Source: a bacterium | GTDB lineage: Bacteria > UBA8248 | NCBI GenBank assembly: GCA_965219955.1 | Contig: OZ244799.1 | Span: 2,528,001-2,592,000, forward strand | Direction of reading: 5' to 3' | Length of the DNA: 64,000 bases | Part shown: piece after piece, positions 32,493-41,074 of the stretch | Position numbering within the stretch: the stretch's first letter is position 1 | Layout: every line of letters begins with the position of its first letter | The notes under the pieces: model-generated | The model's input: the letters and a program-made list of their open reading frames with translations, nothing else | Told to the model about the DNA's origin: nothing | Databases searched by the model: none | Made by a program: the position numbers and the translations under genes

Positions 32493-32966
32493 TCACTCCA
32501 GGATTACGCGCGCGCCCAGCCCGAAGCCGTTTCTCAGGAACCAGCCCTGGTTCACCTCCAGCACCCGGCGGACCTTGTGGCGCGACGTGTAGGAGGGAAT
32601 CGGCGTCCCCGGCCTGTGGGGCTGTAAGTGTATGATTTCCAGCACCTCTCCGCTCTTGTCGATGAAGGCGAGCGAGAGCGGAATCCGCGTGTTCTTCATC
32701 CAGAAGAACCGCCGCGCGTCATCCTCGTAGACGAAGAGCATCCCGGCGTTCTCGGCCAGCCGCTCCCGGCCCATCAAGCCCTGCGTGCGGGCTTTGGGGG
32801 TATTTGCGATCTCGACCGAAAGCGTCGCCTCGCGCCCCTCCTGGGCGATGCGCACCACGCCGCGCTCGAAAGTCTGCGCGGCGGACGCGCCCATGAGCAG
32901 CGCCCAGACGAGCGAGGCGGCGCAGGCAATCCTGATTCCCGAAATGGACCGCACGTATAACCTCAT
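32493..32966 (-). CDS. DUF192 family exported protein
   Basis: VEIA...RTQGLMGR...GMLFVY...FWMKNTRIPL...VLEVNQG. Start uncertain. Confidence 0.9.
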   Translation of the reverse strand: MRLYVRSISGIRIACAASLVWALLMGASAAQTFERGVVRIAQEGREATLSVEIANTPKARTQGLMGRERLAENAGMLFVYEDDARRFFWMKNTRIPLSLAFIDKSGEVLEIIHLQPHRPGTPIPSYTSRHKVRRVLEVNQGWFLRNGFGLGARVILE

Positions 32967-33189
32967 ATAGAACAGCTGCTTAAAGAGGCCGGCGAAGGCC
33001 AACCACACCGGATATTTTCACCACGCATTTCCCCGCATTTGCCGTCATCGAGCCGCTCTCCGGTTATGGCAGGATTCCCCTGTACTGCGCCCCGGCGGCG
33101 TCTCCTCCCCCCGAAACAATTTGCGGTTATTTATCGAAAGACACGTTAAATATTTCACCCCACGGACAATCGTACGACTGGATACCCTG

Positions 33190-33233
33190 AAGCATGATAA
33201 ATTGCTGTATTCAAAGCGGTAATTATCATGCTT
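33190..33233. promoter_or_regulatory. 11-bp perfect inverted repeat upstream of the integrase promoter
   Basis: AAGCATGATAA-22 bp-TTATCATGCTT followed by a T-run; operator, terminator or recombination site. Confidence 0.5.
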
Positions 33234-33249
33234 TCTTTTTCGCCTCTCC

Positions 33250-33278
33250 TTGAATTTACGTCATATTTACGCTATAAT
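33250..33278 (+). promoter_or_regulatory. Sigma70 promoter of recombinase pair 2
   Basis: TTGAAT-17 bp-TATAAT. Confidence 0.75.
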
Positions 33279-33365
33279 GGACTCATATTTGATGCCGGAC
33301 GTATGCGTTTTGATTACGGATCGTCCATATCCTCCGGCTTGTGACACAATTTCCGGGGAGCGCCC

Positions 33366-34544
33366 ATGCCGAAAAGAAGCGAACGCAAGCTTACCAAACG
33401 CGTCGTCGACGCGCTATCCGTCGAGAAGGACGACGGCGTCTTCTGGGACCGGGAACTGGCGGGTTTCGGGGTGCGGGTCTACGCCACGGGCCGGAAGGTC
33501 TACGTGGTGCAATCGAGAGGGCCGTGGGGCCCCAGGCGCGTGACGCTGGGCCGGCACGGCGAGATGTCCACTGATGAGGCGAGGAAACAAGCCGCACTCG
33601 TCATCGACCGCATCAAGCGGGGCGAGGCACCCGAACCCAGGCCGCCCGAGGCGGAACCCACCGTGGCCGTCCTTTGCGATCGCTTCATGCGCGACCACGT
33701 CGAGACGCACTGCAAGCCCGATACCGCCGCGACCTACCGCTCCTATATCGGGAACCACATCCTTCCGGCGCTGGGCGGGAAGGCGCTCGCCGATGTCGGC
33801 CGGGCGGAGGTATCGGCGCTTCATCACGACCTGCGCGCGACGCCCGTCGCGGCCAACGTGATCCTGGGACTGCTCTCGAAGATGTTCAAGATGGCCGAGG
33901 CGTGGGGCCTGGTTCCGGCCGGGGAGAACCCCTGCCGGGGGCTTCGCCGCTACAGGACGCGCAAGCGGGAGCGGTTCCTGACGCCAGAAGAGTTCCGCCG
34001 CCTCGGAGGTGCGCTCCGTGACCTGGAGGTAGAGGGGAAGACGTGGCCCCCTGCCGTCGCAGCGATCAGGCTCCTGGCGCTGACCGGGTGCAGGCGGGGC
34101 GAGATACTGGACTTGCACTGGGACGACGTGGACCGCACGGCGGGGGAGTTGAGGCTCAGGGACGCCAAGACGGGTCCGCGCATGGTTCCCCTGACCAAAC
34201 CCGTATTGAGGGTGCTGGAGGGGGTTCCCCGCTCGCCGGACGATTCCTGGGTGATCTCCAGAGGGAACGGGAAGGACCGCCCGTTGAGCCTCTCCTACTA
34301 CTGGGAGGCCGTGAGGGAGCGGGCGGGGTTTCATGATGTCCGCATTCATGACCTCCGGCACTCGTACGCCAGCCGGGCGCTGGCGCTCGGCGAGAGTCTG
34401 TCTGCGATCGGCAGGCTGCTCGGCCACCGTCACGTGGTGAGCACGGCGCGCTACGCGCACCTGATGCGAGAGGCCGAGAAGGCGGCGGCCGCCCGCGTGG
34501 GCGAGAGCATCGGCGTCCATGTCACGAACGGGAGGGTCGAGTGA
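33366..34544 (+). CDS. Tyrosine recombinase/integrase A2
   Basis: Arm domain plus TGCRRGE, DAKTG, HDLRH, LLGH, STARY. Confidence 0.94.
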   Translation: MPKRSERKLTKRVVDALSVEKDDGVFWDRELAGFGVRVYATGRKVYVVQSRGPWGPRRVTLGRHGEMSTDEARKQAALVIDRIKRGEAPEPRPPEAEPTVAVLCDRFMRDHVETHCKPDTAATYRSYIGNHILPALGGKALADVGRAEVSALHHDLRATPVAANVILGLLSKMFKMAEAWGLVPAGENPCRGLRRYRTRKRERFLTPEEFRRLGGALRDLEVEGKTWPPAVAAIRLLALTGCRRGEILDLHWDDVDRTAGELRLRDAKTGPRMVPLTKPVLRVLEGVPRSPDDSWVISRGNGKDRPLSLSYYWEAVRERAGFHDVRIHDLRHSYASRALALGESLSAIGRLLGHRHVVSTARYAHLMREAEKAAAARVGESIGVHVTNGRVE

Positions 34545-35710
34545 TGACGAAGTCCATGATGAAAACGCTCTCGAACCGTTGGGTCGCGAAACTGAAAGTC
34601 AAGAAGGACACCGTGTATTGGGATCGCGATCTCACCGGCTTCGGGGTGCGGGTCTACCCCACGGGGAGCAAGGTCTATATCGCCCAGGCGCGCGGAACCG
34701 AAGGACCGAAACGGGTGGCGGTGGGCCGCCACGGCGTGATCCATGCCGATCAGGCGCGCAAGCGCGCGGCGCTCGTCATCGCGCGCATCAAGGCGGGCGA
34801 GGAACCTGTGCCTGAGCCGATGAAGCCCGCCTGCGGTCCCACGGTGGCCGAGCTCGCAAGGCGCTATCTCGCCGAATACGTATCCGTGCGGTGCAAGCCG
34901 CGCACCGTGAAGACGCTCCGCTCCGTGGTCGGCAGGAACATCGTGCCCGCGCTGGGCGCGATGCCGATATCCGCGGTCGAGCGCAAACACGTGGCGGAAC
35001 TCCACCAGCGGCTGAGCGCCACGCCCGCGGCGGCGAACCATGCCGTCCGGGCGCTGTCCGCGATGTACCGCCTCGCAGGTGAATGGGGTCTCGTGCCCGA
35101 GGGCGTGAATCCGTGCCGCGCCATCGCCGAATACCCGGTCGGCCGCCGGGAGCGCTTCCTCACCGAGGCGGAATTCATGCGTCTGGGAAAAACGCTTGAC
35201 GAGATAGAGGCCGGGGGCGGCGCGTCCGCGAGTGCTGTGGCGGCGATCAGGCTCCTGATCCTGACCGGGTGCCGGAAGTCGGAGGTCCTCACGCTGCGCT
35301 GGGAGGAGTTGGCGCTCGATCAAGCGGAACTGCGGCTCTCAGACTCCAAGACGGGCCCGCGGGTCGTTTCGCTCTCAGAGCCCGCGGTGAAACTCCTCGC
35401 GGGTCTGCCGCGCACCCCCGGCAATCCCTGGGTGCTCCCCGGCAGGAAGCCGGGTACGCACCTTCGGAAGCTCGATGACGCCTGGCAGTCCGTCCGCTCG
35501 CGCGCGGGGCTTCACGACGTGCGCCTCCATGACCTGCGCCATTCGTTCGCCTCGAGAGCTCTCGCGCTCGGCGAGGGGCTTTCCACGATAGGGAAATTGC
35601 TCGGCCACGCCCGGATCGAGACCACCTCGCGCTACGCGCATCTCGCGCGCGATTCGGTGCGCGAGTCCGCCGAGCGGGTCGCCGCGAGCATCGCCGAAGA
35701 CCTGCTGTAG
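34541..35710 (+). CDS. Tyrosine recombinase/integrase B2
   Basis: Arm domain plus TGCRKSE, DSKTG, HDLRH, LLGH, TTSRY; GTGA overlap with A2. Confidence 0.94.
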   Translation: MMTKSMMKTLSNRWVAKLKVKKDTVYWDRDLTGFGVRVYPTGSKVYIAQARGTEGPKRVAVGRHGVIHADQARKRAALVIARIKAGEEPVPEPMKPACGPTVAELARRYLAEYVSVRCKPRTVKTLRSVVGRNIVPALGAMPISAVERKHVAELHQRLSATPAAANHAVRALSAMYRLAGEWGLVPEGVNPCRAIAEYPVGRRERFLTEAEFMRLGKTLDEIEAGGGASASAVAAIRLLILTGCRKSEVLTLRWEELALDQAELRLSDSKTGPRVVSLSEPAVKLLAGLPRTPGNPWVLPGRKPGTHLRKLDDAWQSVRSRAGLHDVRLHDLRHSFASRALALGEGLSTIGKLLGHARIETTSRYAHLARDSVRESAERVAASIAEDLL

Positions 35711-35793
35711 GGCGCCGGGCGCAACTACCGGGAATCCGGTCGATGATGATCTGACCGCCGCGCACGCAAGAACCAACCGTGAATGCGGTTTTC

Positions 35794-38631
35794 CTATATT
35801 TCCATCAGGCGATCGAAACGCGTCCTCTCCATCGCAGGCTGCCGCCCTTCACCCGGATGCAGCGCTTCGGTCTGCTTCTCTGTCCCGATGCTCCCGGCCT
35901 TGCTCCCTCCTATCGCCTCCAGAGCCGCGATCCGCTCCCCCGTCGCGGCTTCGAGCCGCTCGCACAGGACCCCCGCATCATCGGTCACGAGTTCCGCCCG
36001 GTCCCGGGCGCGGCTGATCTCGACGTACAGCGTCTTCTGGTTGGTGAGTTCGGGGTGGTTCGCCTCCATCGCGGCGATGACGGTATCGACCGTCCGTCCC
36101 TGAAAGGCATGGACGGTCGAGGCCCAGGCGCGGTCGACGTGGCGAAGCTGGGGATCGGCGGTCGTCATGTCGAGGACGCGCCCGTCCTCGATGCGGAAGG
36201 TGACGCGCCCGCCCCTGACATCCGTCACCTCGGCGGCCTGGCTGTTCATGAGACCGAGGTCCGGGTCGTTCCGGGTCCAGCGGATCTTGTCGCCCTGGCG
36301 CAGCTCCATATGCTCGACCTTGTAGACCTCGACACCTCCGCTGCGCGCCGCGAGACGGCGGGGCTCCCAGCGGATTTCCCGCCCGTGCCTGCCTTCTAGA
36401 ATCACCGCGGCGCCCTTGTGATCGACACCCGCCACACGCAGCTCGTCTCCCTTCTCGACGCCGATGCGCTTGTAGGGGCGGTGGAAGGCGACGACGTCAC
36501 CGGGGGCGTAGTTCGCGGCGAGCGATTTCTCGGGGTTCGTGTAGCCGCGCGAGACGAGGCGTTCCGTGAGGAAGGCCGGACCGTGGACGACGCCCTCCCG
36601 GACCAGGCGCTCACGGACGATTGCGTTGATCTTCTCGCGGATCGCATGGCTCGGCGCCATGAGCCCGGCGTTTGCACGCGCCTCGGGCGGGAGCGCCAGC
36701 CAGCGCGCGGCGGCGGCGCCCGCGAGGTTGTCGGGTTTCACCTCGGCCACGTTGGAGCCCAGCTTCTCGAAGGCGCTCTTCACGTCGCCTGAGAGAGTGG
36801 ACTCGACGGCGGCCTTCAGGTCCTGGTCGCGCTGGCGCATGATCTCCTCCATCACCGCCGTCTTCATGCCTGCGGCCTGCAGCTGCGCGAAGGGTTTGCC
36901 GGCGTCGACGGCGTCCAGTTGTTTCGCGTCGCCCACCAGAACGACCCGGGGCAGGCGCAAGGTCTGCGCGATACGCAGGAGTTTGCGTACCTCGCGCGTG
37001 GAGGCGAGGGAGCCTTCGTCCACGACGAGGGCGGTCTTCGCGTAGCCCGCGCGCAACTGTTTTTGGGCTTTCCTCTTCAGGCGGCCCCCGGCGACATCCG
37101 CGTTTCGCGTGAGGAAGCGCTGCAGCGTCTCGCTCGCGATGCCGGCTTCTGCTTCAAGTGTCCGCGCGGCCGAGGCGGAAGGCGCCAAACCCTTCACGTT
37201 GTAGCCGCGCTTTTCGAGGAGCGCGCGGGCGCGTTTCAGCATCCTGGTCTTGCCGGTGCCGGCGTAGCCCTGCACGCCGACGACCCGGTCGGAGTCCGTG
37301 AGGATCAGTTTGACGGCCTCGCGCTGGCCATGGGTCAGCGGGCCGTTTCTCAAGGCCTTGTCCACGGCGCGGCCGCGCATGGCGGGCGCGCCCCGTCCCC
37401 TGCCGGCCTCCACGAGCGCGATGGTCTCGCGCTCTGCCGCCGCGGCCTTCTCCGTCGTGATCATGTCCTTCACTCCGGGCAGGTCCGCCGCGTGCAGGAC
37501 GCCGGTCTTCTCCAGCCTCCTGACCTCGCGCTGTGCTCCCGCCATCGACACCGCGCCCGGCCGCCAGGCGAGTGCGCCAGCGAGCAGGGCGGCGCGGTCG
37601 AAGACGGCTTCTCTTTCCGCCAAGTGCGCTACGGCCCATTCCACGGCCTCGCGGGCGGGCTCGACGTCCGCCGCGCTCCGGGCGGAGTCGCGGGATACGG
37701 CGCTCCTCGCCATTGCCTGGACGGCGAGGACCCCGGCGTTGAAGCCGAGATCAGCAGCCTGTTTTTGCCATACGGCCGCGATCGCCGTCTTGTCGACGTC
37801 CCGCTTGCGCGCGCGGGTCATGAGCGCGGCCCTCTGGGCTGCGCGCTGGTTCTCCGCCGTCGCGCCAAGTCCACGCTCGGCCATCGCAGCCTCTATCTCC
37901 GCCCGCCGGGTCGAGAACGCCTCGATCACGTCCCTGGGCACGCCCGCGACCTCGAAGCGCCCGTCCGCGTGGGTCTTCTCGACCCGGTAGCCGAGTTCTC
38001 CCAGTTCCCTGGCGAGTTCGGTCCGGTACATCGCGCCGATCAGCATCTTGTTCGCATAGAGTTTTTCGTTGGACATCGTGCGCCACTTGCCGTCCGTCCC
38101 CTGCACCATGTTGGCGATGACGGCGTGCGTGTGGATCAGGGGGTCAAGGTTGCGCGACGTGTCGTGCCGGAATGTCGCGACCACGCTCTTCTGGTCTCCC
38201 GCCCGGACGATGCGCCTGGTCGCAGGGTCGCTCATCCTGGTCTCCGCGACGTTTCGCTCGACCCAGTCCAGGGTGCGCGCGACGGCAACGTCGTGGGCAC
38301 TGATCGCGCGCGCGTCGCCGCCGACGTACGCGAGGAGGGAGACGGATTTCGGGGCCGAGAGGGTGAGGTCGCGGCCGGGGCGGTGGTGGAACGACCCGTC
38401 CTTTCCCGGGCGGCCGAGCCTGCGGCCGGAACCGTCGGGGACCACGCCTTCGAGAACCGCGCGGAAGGTATCGGGGTCCACCGGACCCGACAGTCCCAAA
38501 TCCTTCGCGCCCCTGCCTTGCCAGGCGCTCGCTTCGCGGTGGGCCGGATCGTCCTTCGCATAGTAGCCGTCGCGTTCGTAGTAGGACGCCCCCTGCGCGG
38601 GGGCGGCGACGGCGCCGATGGACGCCACCAT
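35794..38631 (-). CDS. traI: MOBF conjugative relaxase-helicase (TrwC/TraI type)
   Basis: SYY...GYY tyrosines, DLTLSAPKSVS, HDTSRNLDPLIHTH, helicase GYAGTGKT, VVDEGS, TVHAFQG. Confidence 0.95.
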   Translation of the reverse strand: MVASIGAVAAPAQGASYYERDGYYAKDDPAHREASAWQGRGAKDLGLSGPVDPDTFRAVLEGVVPDGSGRRLGRPGKDGSFHHRPGRDLTLSAPKSVSLLAYVGGDARAISAHDVAVARTLDWVERNVAETRMSDPATRRIVRAGDQKSVVATFRHDTSRNLDPLIHTHAVIANMVQGTDGKWRTMSNEKLYANKMLIGAMYRTELARELGELGYRVEKTHADGRFEVAGVPRDVIEAFSTRRAEIEAAMAERGLGATAENQRAAQRAALMTRARKRDVDKTAIAAVWQKQAADLGFNAGVLAVQAMARSAVSRDSARSAADVEPAREAVEWAVAHLAEREAVFDRAALLAGALAWRPGAVSMAGAQREVRRLEKTGVLHAADLPGVKDMITTEKAAAAERETIALVEAGRGRGAPAMRGRAVDKALRNGPLTHGQREAVKLILTDSDRVVGVQGYAGTGKTRMLKRARALLEKRGYNVKGLAPSASAARTLEAEAGIASETLQRFLTRNADVAGGRLKRKAQKQLRAGYAKTALVVDEGSLASTREVRKLLRIAQTLRLPRVVLVGDAKQLDAVDAGKPFAQLQAAGMKTAVMEEIMRQRDQDLKAAVESTLSGDVKSAFEKLGSNVAEVKPDNLAGAAAARWLALPPEARANAGLMAPSHAIREKINAIVRERLVREGVVHGPAFLTERLVSRGYTNPEKSLAANYAPGDVVAFHRPYKRIGVEKGDELRVAGVDHKGAAVILEGRHGREIRWEPRRLAARSGGVEVYKVEHMELRQGDKIRWTRNDPDLGLMNSQAAEVTDVRGGRVTFRIEDGRVLDMTTADPQLRHVDRAWASTVHAFQGRTVDTVIAAMEANHPELTNQKTLYVEISRARDRAELVTDDAGVLCERLEAATGERIAALEAIGGSKAGSIGTEKQTEALHPGEGRQPAMERTRFDRLMEI

Positions 38632-38632
38632 T

Positions 38633-40561
38633 TCAGAAATTCCTCAGGTTTTCCGGCTGCGGCTCCCCGGAGCCGGGCGTGTCGTTTCCACTCTTTTCCG
38701 GCAGGGGAGGAGCAGGTTCGTTTTCGTGATCATCGACCTGCGTCGTTTCCTCACCGGAGAGAACGTCCCCGGTCCCGGGCGCTTCGGTTCCCGCGATTTC
38801 ATTCGCCTCGGGAAGCGTCGCGCCCTCGCGGGGTATGAAACTCTCGGCCGCCCCGGGCCTTTTCACGTAGTCGAGCTCGACCCGCGCCACCGGCCAGGGA
38901 CCCGGGAACTTGAGGTAGCCGTGCAGGTTTTCCAGGCGCATGATCTCGGAGGGCAGCGCCAGGGGGCGCATCTCGCGGCGCTGCGTGAGCGATACGCCGT
39001 CGCGCATGGCGCTCGCGCCGTAGCTCAGCCCCTCCGCGTACTCGGTGACCTCGCCGCGCCCCAGGCTCTCGGCCGACCAGCGCGCCGTCTCCTGGTCGGG
39101 CGCGGCCAGCACCACCCGGGTGCCGCAGAGACCCGATACGGTCTCGGCGCCGTTTCGCCCGTAGAGGTCGCGCAGGGCGGAGATCACCTGGATGCCGAGC
39201 ACGAAACACCCCCCGAACTGGCGGGACTCGGCGAGACCGGGCTGCAGGCTCGGCACCTGGTGCAGGGTGGGAAGCTCGTCGAGCACGATCCATATCCTGC
39301 GCGCGTCGTCCCCGCCGAGGGAGAGGAGCGCGTTCACGGCGATCTCTAGCCAGGTCGAGATGAGGCCCCGGAGGCTCGCGTGCTGGTCCCCGCGCGAGGT
39401 CAGGAACAGGAAGCCGGTCTCGTCCTCGCGCTCCACCCATTCCCTTATCGAGAAGGGCTTCCCTGAGTCGGGCAGGCATTCGAGCGCGCCCAGATGCGCC
39501 GTCAGCATGGCGCGCACCGAGAGCGCCGTCTTGGGGTTCTCGGGGTCCACGATGGACTGCGCCACCGTGCCCTCCATGGCCTCGGCCAGGGAGGTGAGTT
39601 CCGTCTTGAGCAGGTGCTCGACGAGTATCCGGTTCTCCGTCACGCCGCGCTTCCACAGGACGCCCGCGCCGTTCGCGAACAGCTGCCGGGCGGCCGTGAC
39701 CCAGAAGGGGTCCACCGTGTCCTTCTGCTGAGGTATCAGGGCGGCCGCCATCGTGTCGAAGTCCCTGGGCGTCCTGGCTTCCAGGAAGGGGGACCACCGC
39801 GGTGCCCGGGCGTCCAGGGGATTCATCAGGACGTCGCGGGCGGGGTCGAAGAACGCCCGCGTGTAGCTTCCCATCTTGTCGTAGAGGATGCAGCGCTCGC
39901 CCCGTTCGCGTATCTGCGCGACCAGGTCCGATATCAGGACGGTCTTCCCCGAACCCGTGGTGCCCGAGACGATGGTGTGCTGGGTCTCGGCGCGCTTGGG
40001 CCAGGGGACCCCCGCGATGCGGGGTCTGGACTTGCGCGCCTTCTGGAAGAACTTCCCCGCCAGGTGCGAGAAAACGGACTGGACGCGCCTCCCGAGCGCC
40101 CCGGCCGATGTCATCTCCGCACCCCGCACCCTGTGCGCCCTCGCCATGCGCCGGCCCAGCAGCCAGAAGAAGAAGGCGAACAGGGCCACGCCGGCCAGGC
40201 CGAGCCAGAGGCCCAGCCACGCCTTCTTGTAGATGGTATCGAGAATGCGCCTCCTGATCCGCTCGATCCTGGGATCGCTTGCGATGAGGGATATGCGCTC
40301 CACGGTCCGCTCGCCCGCGCCCCACTCGTAGACCTGGCCCGAATCGGGGGAATACCCGATGCCGAGCTTGGCCTCGGCCAGCGTGCCCAGGCCGATGACG
40401 CGCCACTCGTGCGCGCTCGTCGTCCTGAAGACCGTGATCGCGGGCGTCAGGACGACAGTCAGGACGAGTCCCAGGACTGCCCAGCGTGCGAGCTGGCCCC
40501 ACATCCTGGCGTCGTGGAGCAGGGTCTGGCCGCCGCGCAGTGTGGCGTTTCCGATGGTCAT
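38633..40561 (-). CDS. traD: Type IV coupling protein TraD
   Basis: Two N-terminal TM segments, GTTGSGKT, WSPF, DPFW, LDELPTL. Confidence 0.93.
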   Translation of the reverse strand: MTIGNATLRGGQTLLHDARMWGQLARWAVLGLVLTVVLTPAITVFRTTSAHEWRVIGLGTLAEAKLGIGYSPDSGQVYEWGAGERTVERISLIASDPRIERIRRRILDTIYKKAWLGLWLGLAGVALFAFFFWLLGRRMARAHRVRGAEMTSAGALGRRVQSVFSHLAGKFFQKARKSRPRIAGVPWPKRAETQHTIVSGTTGSGKTVLISDLVAQIRERGERCILYDKMGSYTRAFFDPARDVLMNPLDARAPRWSPFLEARTPRDFDTMAAALIPQQKDTVDPFWVTAARQLFANGAGVLWKRGVTENRILVEHLLKTELTSLAEAMEGTVAQSIVDPENPKTALSVRAMLTAHLGALECLPDSGKPFSIREWVEREDETGFLFLTSRGDQHASLRGLISTWLEIAVNALLSLGGDDARRIWIVLDELPTLHQVPSLQPGLAESRQFGGCFVLGIQVISALRDLYGRNGAETVSGLCGTRVVLAAPDQETARWSAESLGRGEVTEYAEGLSYGASAMRDGVSLTQRREMRPLALPSEIMRLENLHGYLKFPGPWPVARVELDYVKRPGAAESFIPREGATLPEANEIAGTEAPGTGDVLSGEETTQVDDHENEPAPPLPEKSGNDTPGSGEPQPENLRNF

Positions 40562-40726
40562 TCTCTTCTCCCTTTAATATCTGATGGATAGTCGAGCTAC
40601 CAGCTTCGATGCCAGGCGATGCGCCGCGCGGAGGCCGAGGAGGGCGTGTCAGGGGCGAAAGAGCGGGGTCCCGGGAGAGTCCGTGGCCCCGTCAACCGAT
40701 GAATGACAACTCATGAGGAGCCACCC

Positions 40727-41074
40727 GTGAAAAACCGGAAACCATCCAGGGCGGCGCGGGCATTCGTCCTCTCCGGACCCGCCATCGCGTTTCTATTCAC
40801 CCTCTATGTCCTCGTGACCGGGAGCGGCGCAAGCCTGTTGTTCGCCGCCTGGTTCTGGGCCGCTGTCTGGATTTTCCTGGCGGCGCTCGCGGGCGCCCTG
40901 TGGCGGGGATTGCGCCGCCGCGACTGGTCCGCCTTAACCGGGTACGAGCTCCCCGAAGGGGACGCCGACAGCTTCGAGTGGGCCACCCGCACGGGGCGTT
41001 ACGCCTGGCGCCGGGACTATGAGGAGGGGGGACTTTACGATGACGATCCCTTCGATCACGGTCCCATCACCTGA
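40727..41074 (+). CDS. Small membrane protein convergent with traG (candidate entry exclusion)
   Basis: RBS gaggag before GTG, two hydrophobic helices, overlaps the traG 3' end. Confidence 0.55.
   Translation: MKNRKPSRAARAFVLSGPAIAFLFTLYVLVTGSGASLLFAAWFWAAVWIFLAALAGALWRGLRRRDWSALTGYELPEGDADSFEWATRTGRYAWRRDYEEGGLYDDDPFDHGPIT

Noticed and set aside
33009-33365. tRNA or tmRNA integration target at the ICE left end
   Set aside because: No cloverleaf or GTTCRA T-loop/CCA pattern seen here or next to the other recombinase pair.
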